NCBI GenBank assembly: GCA_951406725.2
Contig: OX597817.1
Span: forward strand, 149,234,001 to 149,298,000
DNA: 64,000 nt
Direction: 5' to 3'
From: Octopus vulgaris
Taxonomy: Eukaryota
This document shows positions 39,846-54,476 of the stretch, in pieces. Each line of letters opens with the position of its first letter. Within the stretch, counting starts at the first letter, position 1. A program made the translations under genes and the position numbers. Below the pieces are notes generated by a model. The model was not told the DNA's origin. It did not search any database and was given only the letters and a program-made list of their open reading frames with translations.

Positions 39846-41395
39846 AACGTTGGGATCCATGGAAATCGGGTAATAGGTTCTATGAGTTTGAGTTATACGA
39901 CTCAATACAAAATGTCCAATGGTTAGTGTAGATATATGTAGAAGAGACAGAGAAAGGTGGGTGAATAAATAGATACATAGAGAGATCCCATCACTCTTTA
40001 CTGGTTAAAACTTCTTTTTAATCCCCACCGTGGACAATATGATGTCTGATTTTCACAAACATATGATGGTCACAGGCCATATAGAAGCCACGCGAAGCTG
40101 GAAGACTTGTGATCACCGTTCTGCTCGATCAGGGCTGGCTTGAGAATAAGCTACGGAAACGTAACAACCACAAAGACAGAGAGAGTGTAACAAGGACAAC
40201 AGCATTAGTTACAATAATCATTATGAAAGGGTGTATGAAAATATCAGTAGAATTGTACTTTACTGAGTCTTATTTGTTTTATCAAAAGCTGAAGAATATA
40301 AAATAAAATTCACACAGTGTAGTATTTAAACTTCTGTACCAATGAGTACATTAATTCTCGCATGCTCTATTTTGATTGGACATCTTCTCAATAGGTTTCA
40401 AAAACGTATGTTCTCGCAGAATCGATTTTAAGATGAAAGCCAAAAGCAAATAAGTATAAATAAATTTTGCGTAGAGAGTAGCATTAACTTTAAGTTCCTT
40501 TTTATCCCCTTTCTTCTATACGCTATTTATGTGTTTATTTGTTTTTCTTTAATTAGAAAAAAATAAAGAAATAGCTTTATTTTTGGTGAAAAAATATTTT
40601 ACAATATGCTATTAGAACAATGAAGCAGAAACTATGTGTTAAGTATGAACGAGAAGTTAGAAGTAAAAGAAAAAACGTATTGAGGTTAACTGCAATAAAA
40701 TGCATCATGTTGAATACGGAGAGTAAAGTCTATGAAACGTACTAAGGGCAGGAAGAATAACACAAGTGTAATAAAATGCTATGTATATAAGAAAGAGGAG
40801 GAAAAAAATGAACGTAAACAAAAGACAACAATAACAACGATGACAACAAAGGCACTAACAAGATACTAATGCAATAAACTGTATGAAGTACTGGGGCGAA
40901 AATGACTTGCAATAAACTACAACGGAAAACTAGGACGGCAACGCGTGGCAATAAACTTCACAACAGGAAAACAACAGAAACAATACGTACATACATACAT
41001 ACATACATACATACATACATACATACATACACAGAGCAGTGTTGATATTTAAAACAATATAATGTTTAAAACGAAGTATAACAAAGACAATACATGGTAA
41101 CTGGTCGCCCCGGACGACCATAACGGTTTCGTCACTCATAATGTTGAGGGAGTTTTTTCATCCACAGTCTTAATAAACGATTGTTTGCTCTTTAATGCGA
41201 GCATTAAATACAGATGACTAGTACTGGCTCTATTGGTAAAGTGCTAGCCATCTACCACCAAAGCGATCAACAGTTCGTATTTCGCTGCTTCATAATGTAT
41301 AATATTCTGTAACAGTTCGCTTATTTTACCAAACATCGGGGACGCATTTTCTTTGTCTAAAATAAATTTACTACGAGTCGGTTGTTCTCATAGCA

Positions 41396-41562
41396 GGAGT
41401 GGCTGTATGATAAGTAGCTTGCTTGCCAACCACATGGTTCCGGGTTCAGTCTCACTGCGTGGTATCTTGGGCAAGTGTCTTCTACTATAGCCTCAGGCCG
41501 ACAAAAGCCTTGTGGGTGGATTTGGTAGATGAAAACTGAAAGAAGCCCGTCGTATATATGTG

Positions 41563-41617
<55 letters not shown>

Positions 41618-41760
41618 TGCTTGCCAACCACATGGCTCCGGGTTCAGTCTCACTGCGTGGTATCTTGGGCAAGTGTCTTCTACTATAGCCTCAGGCCAAC
41701 CAAAGCCTTGTGGGTGGATTTGGTAGATGAAAACTGAAAGAAGCCCGTCGTATATATGTG

Positions 41761-41805
<45 letters not shown>

Positions 41806-41972
41806 TGCTTGCCAACCACATGGTTCCGGGTTCAGTCTCACTGCGTGGTATCTTGGGCAAGTGTCTTCTACTATAGCCTCAGGCCGACCAAAGCCTTGTG
41901 GGTGGATTTGGTAGATGAAAACTGAAAGAAGCCCGTCGTATATATGTTTATATATATATATGTATATATATA

Positions 41973-42008
<36 letters not shown>

Positions 42009-42049
42009 TGTGTCTGTGTTTGTTCCCCCAACATCGCTTGACAACCGAT
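41396..42049 (+). mobile_element. SINE family B with triplicated 5' half
   Basis: Three near-identical ~135-bp segments (41418-41552, 41617-41750, 41805-41940), each followed by TA/TG tract. Confidence 0.9.
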
Positions 42050-42523
42050 ACGTGTTTTACTCGAGTGGACTCTCATAGCCTTTTGGTGTTTAAAAAGTCT
42101 TATATTTTTAAATGAAATATCATTAAGAATTTTGTAAAACAATTGTTAAAATAGTTTATGTACTGTAGAAGTATAAACAACTCACTGAGCATAAACTTTT
42201 ACAACAAATCATACATGGACCTCCAGAGGTCATATGAATGGCGCTTGAGAACTTCTGCCCTAGACGATGATACTAAGTTCGTCATAAGACAATTTTACCC
42301 CCAGACGAGGATTTAAATATCCTAAAATACTTCTCAGTGACCGTTTTAACATAGATTCGCTTTGGTTTTGTAAGAGTTAAGACTGGTTCTATGAGGTGCG
42401 TGTATATGTGGAGAAGTGTATATATATATATATATATAAATATATATATAATGTATGTATGCATAAGTCTGTATGTATGTATGCATGCATATAGGCATGT
42501 ATGCATGCATCTTCATATGTATG

Positions 42524-42557
<34 letters not shown>

Positions 42558-42599
42558 TGTATGTATGTATGTTTGTATGTATGTATGTATGCATGCATG

Positions 42600-42945
42600 T
42601 ATGTATGTATTCTTATGCATTTACTTGCATATCTAGACATACTCATATATATATTTAAATGATAAACTTCTGAAAAGATTTACAGATTTTTACAGTTCCA
42701 GTGATGGATTGGATCTGTAGTCTTCGAATTAGCTTTCTCCCTTCTGGTTTTGAGAAACCTAGTTTCTCAAGATTGGTATTTAGGCAGCATATAACATATT
42801 CCAGTGCCCCAGCAGTTACAGATATAAACCTGAACTTGTAATAGAGTGACTGCAGATTTCTCGATAGTTCAGCGTCAGTATTCCCTTTTTCACTGATCTT
42901 CAGCTTTATGTTAACATCAGCTGAGCAACTGATTTCCACAACTAT
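42600..42945 (-). mobile_element. R4/Dong-type RLE LINE 3' fragment
   Basis: EISCSADVNIKLKISEK..ELSRNLQ..GALEYV = restriction-like endonuclease C-terminus; runs into (CATA)n. Confidence 0.8.
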
Positions 42946-43013
42946 ACGGTTTCTCTTCTCTATCTCAAATTATTATATCCGGTCTATGAGGTTTTCACCG
43001 GGACATTCCACCA

Positions 43014-43044
<31 letters not shown>

Positions 43045-43115
43045 TGTATGTATGTATGTATGTATGTATGTATGTGTGTGTATGTATGTATGTATGTATG
43101 TATGTATGTATGTAT

Positions 43116-43304
43116 GCAAAGGTACATGAAGCCCAGTTACAACTACAGCCGGCTATTACCGGTAAAGGTTTTAGTTGCCAATTCTGTACAAGACATTGTA
43201 GATCTTTGGCTGGGCTAAAAAGTCACATTCGATCACAGGACCAGTAACAGTTAAGCTTCGTGCAATGGCCATACTCGATAACAAGGGAGCAGCCATAATA
43301 ATAA
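43116..43304 (+). mobile_element. RTE-clade LINE 3' end in (ATGT)n
   Basis: Terminal zinc finger FSCQFCTRHCRSLAGLKSHIR then short 3'UTR shared with 7619-7664. Confidence 0.8.
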
Positions 43305-44084
43305 TGTATGTATGTATGTATGTATGTATGTATGTATGTATGTATGTATGTATGTATGTACAACGCCCTTAGTACTCTGTAAAGGTGTTTCAAAGAAAAA
43401 TGTTGACGAGCGACTCTGCCTTTCATTCCGTGTGACAAAGGCCGCTGACAACTTCACTTCACCGACCACTTTATTTAGCCATTGGCTCATAGTACACAAA
43501 ACCAATTTGTAAACACTCAGCATGGTATACTAACCTTGATGTATTTACTGTATCTGTTTGGAGGAGAAACTAATTTTCAACTCCGTCTCACGACGATTAT
43601 TCGTACCTAAGACATCTTTTAATTCCCATTTTAATTCTCTTCAATGGGTACTTTACAATAGATTTCTTGCACTTTTCTCCGAATAATGAGCTCAAGTTGG
43701 AAAAATTTGTATGTGTGTGTTGTTTTGGGACGGGTGGCTGATGTGAAATATAAGCAACCTTGTACACAAACTTATAGGGGATAAAAAGGAACTCAAAGTT
43801 AATGGTTAAGAAGTATAAATGTATGTGTGTGTACACATATACACACACAACGTCTAGGAAATTGAAATTATATTATCATAGCTATCGTACCTATTATTAT
43901 ATTATTATATTATCGTATATATCGTAGCTGACGATACTTATACAATGTACCGCATAGTAAGATTGAACTCGAACCCATGCGCTTGCAACCGAGGTTCTTA
44001 ACCACACAACCAAGTATGCATGCGTATATATGTAAGTATGCATGTATATATAAAGAATACTGCATTACGTACTGCCAGAGGAAC

Positions 44085-44208
44085 TGATCGTTGCCATATC
44101 TATGCAAAATGTGTGACAGTCCCTAGCGGGACTGAAAAGCCACATCGAAGCAGCTCATGTTTAAGAGAGCAATCAAGCGATGGCATTACTCAAAATTCAG
44201 TTGCAGCC
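44085..44208 (+). mobile_element. Decayed RTE 3' end
   Basis: tccctagcgggactgaaaagccacatc = SLAGLKSHI; tail gcgatggcattactc..gcagcc. Confidence 0.55.
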
Positions 44209-45129
44209 AATACGCATGCGCACCCACACGCACAAACACACACATACACACACACACAATTGTGTATAAATATATAGTGTTTAAGGAGTGTAGTTATCAT
44301 TCCAACAAATATACCAACACGCATATTAACTGCAAAATAAACAGAACAATATTTTAAAATCAATACGTAAAATTATATTTGACTAAAATGTTCTGCTACA
44401 AATTAATGGTAAATTATTTCATTTATGGTAAATTGTGGCTAATACATTTTAAAAATTAATACATTTCCTTACAAATTGCAGTATCCAATTTCTTTACAAG
44501 AAACTTCTCTTTTGTATAAGTGTTTAATGCCGAAATTCCATTTCCAAGGATAATAAATCAAATTGTGAAATAAATTGAGAGAACTTGCATTGTCAATGAT
44601 AAAAGTAGAGCCGTAGGCCGATCGAATTTGCAACACCAGAATAGAATGAACTTGACAACATATTAATTCCTGCTTCATTTCTTTCCCAAACTAAAATCTT
44701 TTAGCTCCATTTTTTTTTTTCTACTGCATGATAATTTTCTTCAAGAGGCTGAAATATTTGTGTTATTATTAAAAATATTGTTAAAATTGATTTCGAAGTT
44801 AAAATTACTTTAAATATCGATTAGGCATAAATATAAAATATTTACTACAGACACTCGTCTGCATGTGTTTGTGTATGTGTGTATGTGTGCATCCGATATG
44901 TATGTGAATATGTAAGCTGATCTGTTCTTGTGTGGAAGATGGGGATGCGTGTGGCCGTTATTTTATATGAAATTGGAAATTTTGACTGCTCACTCTTATC
45001 GATTATTTACAGCACTTATCTTAAGACCTGTCTCATATTTTCCTGTAGTCATCTTAATAAATATATTTATTACACCATCTGTTTATTTTATATTTTCGAA
45101 TATACATGTATATATATATATATACATAC

Positions 45130-45246
<117 letters not shown>

Positions 45247-45273
45247 CATATATATATTTATATATATATATAC

Positions 45274-45304
<31 letters not shown>

Positions 45305-45939
45305 AAGCTAGAAACCATGCCAAAGACACTGAGGCTTGTCACGGCATTCAGGCTCTTCCGTTCTTGTTGAATCGTCCAACTCATATCAGTATTGAAAAAT
45401 GGATTTTAAATGTGTGTGTGTGTGTTAGATTTCATACAAAAGAACGAAGTGCTCAATACAAAATTTGTTACAAGTAGAGTGGTGTATTTGAGTGTTGGTG
45501 TATTTGATCATTTCCCTATACCTAAGAGGATTTCATGCGGTTAACGTAAGACCTAGGAAGGCGTTACTCATCGGTGAATCTAAAATCTTTTTTTCTGTCC
45601 GTCATATTTTTTTACTTCTTCAGTCGCCTGAGAATCGGAACCGTGAAATGAATTGTGAAAAGTAGTTAAGTGTTAGCATTAAAAAAATGTGTGTGATGTG
45701 CGCGCCTATGTGTGTGCATATATTTCGCCACAGATTCGATCCCTCAGCATGACACATTGGGCAAATGTCATCAACAAAATCTTTGAGTGTTGACCGGAAT
45801 ATCATTGTAGAAGAAGTCTACATTAAATATGTAATACACGAATGGAACAATCACATTCTCGATTTGATTATTCCATACATGTATTGAATATCACATACAC
45901 ACACACACACATACAAAGACATACACACGCACGCACACG

Positions 45940-45971
<32 letters not shown>

Positions 45972-46022
45972 TACAACCAAACATACATACTTACAAACAG
46001 ACACACATGCACTCACACGCAC

Positions 46023-46110
<88 letters not shown>

Positions 46111-46146
46111 GCATTGACAGACAGACAGACATTGACATACAGATAA

Positions 46147-46263
<117 letters not shown>

Positions 46264-47165
46264 CAGATAAATAGATATAATCATACGCACACGCATATTG
46301 AAAAGGCCATTTTACGCACTTCGCGCTGCATGTTCGTTTATCTAATAACCAGTAAATGCTACCAACTCCCCTGGACATATGTCACCTGATTTTTTTCTTT
46401 TTTAGGCAGAAGATGATGTACTCTTTAAGGTGCGGAAAATTTTCTCAATGAATTGGAAATTATCTCTTTGTTGATGAAAGGAATCAAAATATCTAGTGAA
46501 AATTGCTGCTTTTTGCAAAGGGAAAGGAAAATACTTTCAGGAAATTGAAAATTTTTTGCATACAGTATTTAATACTTGACGTAAAAAGTTTGATCTATAT
46601 TTCATTTCCCTTTGCGCCTGTCCACTTACCTTTAAATGGGTAAAACTGTAACGGATTAAACTTCCGATCGGGGAAAGAACTTTGGCCTGTTCGCCTAGCC
46701 AGCGGGTTAGCATTACTCAAAATCTAAAGCTATACAAAGCCCATTGTGACCAGCGATGTATAACAACGTCTGATAGCCTGCTCGATCACGTGACCACTTG
46801 AATAACATATTTTCATAACCGGTTTCGGTTATTTCGTCTAGCTCTCATTCTATAGTTCTTCTCTCAATGTACATCAATTTGCTTGACTAAATAAAACTGA
46901 TGATATATCACTTTGTGTGTGACTGAGTTGAGGATGTGGGTATATTGAAGATTAGTATGTGTGAGTGTGCGAGTGAGTTTCGATCTATGTATATTTAAGC
47001 GTGATGACATATATGCTTCAGTCTGTGACTGAGTACGGACGAACGCTATTTAAAAATACGTTAAATAACTTAATGTATTCGTGATTTATGAAAGCTGCTT
47101 CTCTGCACATATAGACACACACACTATACGTTTTAAATTATAATATAATATATGCATATATATAA

Positions 47166-47209
<44 letters not shown>

Positions 47210-47236
47210 ATATATATATGTATGTATATATATATG

Positions 47237-47306
<70 letters not shown>

Positions 47307-47343
47307 TGTCTATATATATATATATACATACATATATATATAA

Positions 47344-47389
<46 letters not shown>

Positions 47390-48204
47390 GTATATATATA
47401 CGTGTATATATATATATATAAGGGAGAGAGAGAGAGAAAGAGGGGGAAAGAGAGACAGACACTTGGACAGGTAGACAGATAATGAACATAAAATATATAT
47501 TATTTATATACATATATATTTATATATGTATGCATGTATGTATAAATATATATATATATATACATAGGAACACACGAATACTTATGTAATATATATATGC
47601 ATGTGTGTGTGTGTGTGTGTATGTGTGTATGTATGTATATATGCATATATGTATATATACATACATGAACACATGCATATATAGAAATATACAAACACAC
47701 GTACATACATACGGATTTACATAACTGTGTGTTCGTTGATGCCTGTTTTCGCCTGTGTTAATGCGAGCTATATTTGTCCGTATGTCTATATAGAAATTTC
47801 TTAATGGAAGTATTGCCGTAGCTTAGCAGATATCTCTGTTTAAGTCGCTGCATTGTTATTTGAGTTAATCCAATCATTCTTTATATTTTAATAATGAAAG
47901 AAATAACTGCGGCGTAGCGAGGACAAGCGAGTCTTTAATCGTCTTTGCTGAAAAGCTGTCTGTAGAATCTCTTTAAATAGCATCTAAATACCCACCCCGT
48001 CATGCGTAATTGCTCTCTTCTTTCCCGTTCGAATAGGATTCTTCACGCCTAATATTTATCTATTTATGTTTTTCCTTGCATGTATGCATCTATGTCGCAG
48101 TGGTGCTCCAGCATGACGGCTGAATCACACAAGTAAATGTGAAGTTAGGTAATAAAACTGAATACTCGTTACGTTGAATACTCGTTACGTGTATGGTTGT
48201 ATAC

Positions 48205-48797
48205 CTCTTTACTCTTTACTACTCTTTTACTTGTTTCAGTCATTTGACTGCGGCCATGCTGGAGCACCGCCTTTAGTCGAGCAAATCAACCCCGGGACTT
48301 ATTCTTTGTAAGCCCAGTACTTATTCTATCGGTCTCTTTTGCCGAACCGCTATGGTTGTATACATATCTGTCCATATATTACTCTTTACTCTTTTTCCCT
48401 TTCACTTGTTTTAGTCATTTGACTGTGGCCATGCTGGAGCACCGCCTTCAGCCGGGCAAATCGACCCCAGGGCTTATTCTTTGTAAGCCTAGTACTTATT
48501 CTATCGGTCTGTTTTGCCGAACCGCTAAGTTACGTGCACGTAAACACACCAGAATCGGTTGTCAAGCGATGTTGGGGGAAAAACACAGACACACAAACAG
48601 ACACACACACACACACACACACATATGTATATATATATATATATATATACGACGGGCTTCTTTCAACTTCCGTCTACCAAATCCACTCACAAGTCTTTGG
48701 TCGGCCCGAGGCTTCAGTAGAAGACACTTGCCCAAGGTGCCACGCAGTGGGACTGAACCCGGAACCATGTGGTTCGTAAGCAAGCTACTTACCACAC
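48205..48797 (-). mobile_element. Two SINE B copies: 5'-truncated (13-bp TSD) and near full length
   Basis: tatggttgtatac at 48192-48204 and 48351-48363 flanks the short copy; second copy ~48380-48797. Confidence 0.88.
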
Positions 48798-49085
48798 TGA
48801 TGCACATATACGCACATATGAGACTGTGCTACTATCTTAATGTGTGTGTCTGTCTGTGCACGCGCGTGTGTATGTGTGTGTGTGTGTGTGTAATGGAAAT
48901 TTGTTTTCTATAAGTGTGAATATTGACAGAAAAATAGACCTTACAAGTGTATGGATAGCTTTTGCTAGAGAATTTCTTTCACAGTGACTTCGAAGTTTCT
49001 GCTATAGTTGGACTTGCCGGTCTAACGTAAAAAACCACAGTTGAAAGAAAGAAAAAAAGAGCGACAGACAGATTACGGCATGTAT

Positions 49086-49575
<490 letters not shown>

Positions 49576-49599
49576 AAATACTAAAAGGCGGTACATATA

Positions 49600-49757
49600 T
49601 AGTTGGAATTTACAAAAAGAACAAAACAAAAGACGAAGACGGGTGTGTAAACAACAAATAGATGTATTAGTTTAACGCTCGGGAAGTGAGAAAGTCTTTT
49701 ATGTTTCGAGCCTACGCTCTTCAAGGAAAAGGAACACAGAAATAAGCAGAAAGGAAA
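49600..49757 (-). mobile_element. pLTR-like element family F with HHR-like variant core
   Basis: Minus strand ccTTGAA gagc gtag gctc GAAA cata at 49700-49726, flanked by TA-rich ends. Confidence 0.5.
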
Positions 49758-50184
49758 TATATACACAGTAACTTCTATGCATGTTTTTTGTCTGTCTCTT
49801 AACTTCTTAGAGATTTTAGGTATAATTATACTAATGTGTCCAGCTGTTCTAATTTCTTTGTGCAGCTGAAGATTGCTTTGCATTTTAAATTGATGTAAGG
49901 ATTACATTGTTCAATTAAATGGGGTTGCATAAAACGATCGTACTGCATTACTTCTGGATATCCTTGTTGCTTATCTTGATTATGTGTGTGTGTATGTGTA
50001 TTAATTTCTTGACTTAGCTTTACGGTACTTCATCGATGTGCAACACGTCCATATCATCAGATGCTTGTTCCCTGCTTGTGTTATACGCTCGCTTTAATTA
50101 ATGAAGAGCTGAGACAAAATTATATTAAATATATATAATTCCAGTTAAATATGCTGAATTGTACTTCGCTTCATTTGTTCACTC

Positions 50185-50256
<72 letters not shown>

Positions 50257-50873
50257 TACATACATACATATAGCCATATATGTATGAATATGCAGCCGTA
50301 CGCGCACGTATTATGGAATGTAGATATCTTTGTCGGTTGCCATTTATTTTCTTTAAGTTGAAATGTATAAACTCATCAATCTATGTTAAGTGGTTGTATT
50401 TATATGTATGTGCACCTGTATGTTTTTATGTATGTATGCGAGTGTATTTGTGCGTGTGTTATTTTTATATCTACCTAAGTCTAGAATAGTGAGTTCTTCG
50501 TGGAGCTCTCAAATTTAGATTTGTCACACATGTCTGTAATGTATCTATTCTGTACAAATTGCGGTACATTTATTTTATCTGCTCGAAAGGTAAAGTCTCT
50601 CAATACAGAATGGTTAATTTTATCTGAAAATTTGCATTGCTACATAAGAAACTTGAAGCTCATAAAAAAAAAATTCGCTACAAATCTTTCACGTGAATTA
50701 ATTGTTGAAATATTAACAATTGTCAAGAACATTGCAATCTGACCCGGAATTGGGTGGTGGAAATTTTAATATGGGTCTTGAAAACAAAAAGAGTGGTGAG
50801 GGTCAATAGATGTTGGCAAATAGGTTTTCAATTTTAGTGTGCGCGGTTCTTCTTGTAAAATTGGTTTCCAATT

Positions 50874-51905
50874 TTGGCACAAGGCCAGAAATTTTGGAGG
50901 AGGAGAATGGTCGATTACATCGACCCCGGTCTTCAAATGGTTCTTATTTTTATCGACCTCGAAAGGACGAAAGGCAAGGCTGAACTCAGAAGGTAAAGTA
51001 AAAAGAAATGCCGCTAAGCATTTTTTGCCTGCTCGCTGCCTAAAACCGTCTTGAAATGCTAGTGGTCTAAATAAGGCGGTGAGCTGGCAGAAACGTTAGC
51101 ACGCCGAGCGAAATACTTAGCGGTATTTCGTATGCCGTTACATTCTTAGTTCAAATTCCGCCGAGGTCGATTTGCCTTTCATCCTTTCGGGAGTTGATAA
51201 ATTAAGTACCAGTTATGCACTGGGCTCGATGTAATAGACTTAATCCGTTTGTCTGCCCTTGTTTGTCCCCTCTGTGTGTAGCCCCTTGTGGGCACTAAAG
51301 AAATAAGAAACGTTATCACGCCGGGCGAAATTCTTAGAGGTATTTCGTCTGCCGCTACGTTCTGAGTTCAAATTCCGCCGAAGTCCACTTTGCCTTTCAT
51401 CCTTTCGGGATCGATTAAATTAGTACCAGTTACGCACTGGGCTCGATATAATCGGCTTAATCCGTTTATCTGTCCTTGTTTGTCACCTCTCTGTGTAGCC
51501 CCTAGTGGGCAGTAAAGAAATAAGAAACATTAGCACGCCGGGCGAAATGCTTAGCGGTATTTCACGTTTTGAGTTCAAATTCCGCCGAAGTTGACTTTAC
51601 CGTTCATCCTTTGGGAATCGATAAAATTAAATATATCAGTTGCGTAATGGAGTCGATCTAATCGACTGGTTCCCTCCACCAAAATTTCGGGACTTTTACC
51701 TTGAGTAGAAAAGAATTGTTAGCACGCCCGGTGAAATATTTGGCGTCATTTAGCCCGTCTTCACGTTCTGAGTTCAAATTCTGCCGACGTCGACTCTGCC
51801 TTTCCTCATTTTGGGGTCAATTAAATAAGTACCAGTTGAGTATGTAGGTCAATTTAATCGACTAACCCTGGTCCCGGAAATTGCTGGTCTTGTGCCAAAA
51901 TTCAA
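50874..51905. mobile_element. SINE family A cluster: one decayed minus copy then four head-to-tail plus units
   Basis: Plus units start near 51073, 51306, 51524, 51716. Confidence 0.88.
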
Positions 51906-52249
51906 ATAAATATTAGTGATCTAAAGGTTTTTTTACATTCCAAATGTGTTATTGGCAATGAAACTATCAGCAGCCCCCTTTTTTGTGCTATATTTAATTT
52001 TGTTGAATCGTACCAAACGGCGTTGAAAAATTGCTGGTATAAGAAAATGGGGCGTAGTTTTAAAAAAAAAGTTTGAAAAGCACTGAATTAAATCCTCGGA
52101 GTTAAAGGATGTTTGCCATTCTAAACTAAATCACGTTTTCTTCCCGTATTTCCTATTATTTCATCAACGATTTTAACAAACCAGTCAATAGTATACTCCT
52201 CTTCATTGCTAATTTGTCAAATTCTTCGACAATAGAAATTACTGTCTTA

Positions 52250-52455
52250 ACTCGAAGAATTTATTCAGTTACGTTTTCAGCTCTAGTTCGTTGTTGAACA
52301 AACCTCGCAGACTGTAGGAGAGCAACTATAAGTAAAAATTTGATGGTGTTATAGCAGGAGAATACAATGAGTGCGGTAGAACTTCCCCACCGAGGTCTTG
52401 GATAGTATTTTTCGTCATATTAGCCACATGTGGACGAGCATTGTCGTGTTCAAGA
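52250..52455 (-). mobile_element. Mariner transposase C-terminal fragment
   Basis: LEHDNARPHVANMTKNTIQDLGGEVLPHSLYSPAITPSNFYL (HDNA and YSPDLAP-like motifs). Confidence 0.82.
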
Positions 52456-52532
52456 AGTTGGCACTCTATCATCATGTGCATGAAAATTGCAAAAACGATA
52501 AATAAATGGTTATTCATGATGTACGGAGCTAC

Positions 52533-52990
52533 AGGAGTGGCAGCGTGGTAAGACGCTTGCTTCCCAACCACATGGTTCCGTGTTCAGTCTCACTGCGTGG
52601 CTCTTTGGTCATGTGTCTTCTACTCTAGCCTCGGGCCGCCTAAAGCCTTGTCAGAAGATTTGGTAGCCGGAAACTGAAAAGAAGACCGTCATATATATAT
52701 GTGTGTGTGTGCGTGTGCGTGTGTGTGTGTGTGTATGTGTGTGTGTGTGTGTGTGTATGTGTAAGTGTGTGTGTGTATGTGTGTCTTTGTGTCTGTGGTT
52801 GTCCGCACTGACATCGCTTGACAGCCGATGCTGGTGCCTTCACGTCTTTGCGGTAAATTTGCGGTGCGGCAAAAGAGACCGATAGAATAAGTACCAGGTT
52901 TACAAAGAATAAGTCCTGGGGTCGATTTCTTCGAATAAAAGGCGGTGCTTCAGCATGGCTGCAATCAATTGCCTGAAACAAGTAAAAGAA
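52533..52990 (+). mobile_element. SINE family B, full length
   Basis: Head, body, internal TG tract and tail. Confidence 0.88.
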
Positions 52991-53729
52991 TATAAGAATA
53001 AAAAAACATAAAACTCTATGATAAAAATATTCTTCGTATAAATTCAAATACCATTGGAAAGAAACGATAAATACCAAACCTTTACAGAATGAGCTCTCTA
53101 ATACCTTGACTGCATATATTTTTCGGTGCAATACAATTTCGAAAAGAACCGGTCGATCGATAAACTTATACTATAAACCTTTGTCGCTTAGCTTTCTTCA
53201 TTCACTTCTAAACGTCCTTCAAACGCCACAAAACATTATTAGTATATTATTATATATCTATAGGGCTTCGATAAAATAAAACCTAGTAATATAATGGCAT
53301 TGGTTTAATCGATTAACCTGCTATTTAATCGATTAACCCAGATCTTTGACAAAAATTAGGTCTTTACATAGGTTTCAGAACAGCAATACTTGACACGAAA
53401 TACTTGGCATTCGCGATAACATCTTGAGTATTTTTTAAAGATACATCTTCTTTTAAGTGCGGGCTACACTATTATTATAGATCTTCTTTTCTTTCTCGTT
53501 CATTGATTTATCAAGTTGAAGAACATGACCAGACATTATATGGAATATAGAGAATATTCACATAACAAGACACCAACCTAAAGGACTTTCATCTTTAGGA
53601 CAGCAAAGGACTTTCATCTTCATCTTGAGATGTTTCTATGCTTTGTTTGTAAATCGATTTAGTGCGCTGATCTGACTGTAATGGTCTTTATATTGTTACA
53701 GAATAATATTGCCGTTCTTTATTATTACT

Positions 53730-53764
<35 letters not shown>

Positions 53765-53973
53765 AAGAAATCCGTAGCAACATCCTTCCCATCACCAACC
53801 TCGCCAGCCTGACCAATAGCAGCAGCGTCATTACTATCATTTTCAAAATACCTCGACACCAGTATTAAAAACAACAAAACCTTATATTATTTATCAGATG
53901 AATGCGATTTTTCTATTATATAATATATATATATATATACATACATACATACATACATACATACATACATACA

Positions 53974-54009
<36 letters not shown>

Positions 54010-54039
54010 TTATATTATATATATATATATATATATATA

Positions 54040-54232
54040 TGTAGGTCCCGGGTTGAGTCGGGGTTAACCACAGTAAATAAGGTACTCAATACATAGCAGA
54101 GTAAATTAATTTATTTTATAGAAGGAGTTCTACAGGACTAGAACTGTTTCATTCAAAAGAAATCATCAGGAAGCTTCCTGATGATTTCTTTTGAATGAAA
54201 CAGTTCTAGTCCTGTAGAAGCTCCTTCTATAA

Positions 54233-54237
<5 letters not shown>
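54040..54237. mobile_element. Double-hammerhead foldback family C, copy 2, in (TA)n
   Basis: Palindrome centred on ggaagcttcc (54169-54178); starts tgtaggtcccgggttga like 17401. Confidence 0.88.
54172..54222 (+). ncRNA. Type I hammerhead ribozyme
   Basis: agcttc CTGATGA tttcttttgaat GAAA cag ttctagtc ctg TA gaagct; canonical core, mirrored on minus at 54126-54175. Confidence 0.8.
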
Positions 54238-54285
<48 letters not shown>

Positions 54286-54318
54286 CATGTGTGTGAGATT
54301 GTGTTTGTATGTATGTAG

Positions 54319-54365
<47 letters not shown>

Positions 54366-54476
54366 GTTATAATAAAAACCACAAATATACAGCTACCCAA
54401 GGTTTCCTGGTCGCCATTTTTTAAGCTGAGAACAAGACCGTTTGCCAGTTCCTTTGAATAAGGGACGCTCATGAAC

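Noticed and set aside
43170-43247. C2H2-like zinc finger as a host transcription factor exon
   Set aside because: Followed by a stop and the RTE 3'UTR; it is the terminal finger of an RTE LINE
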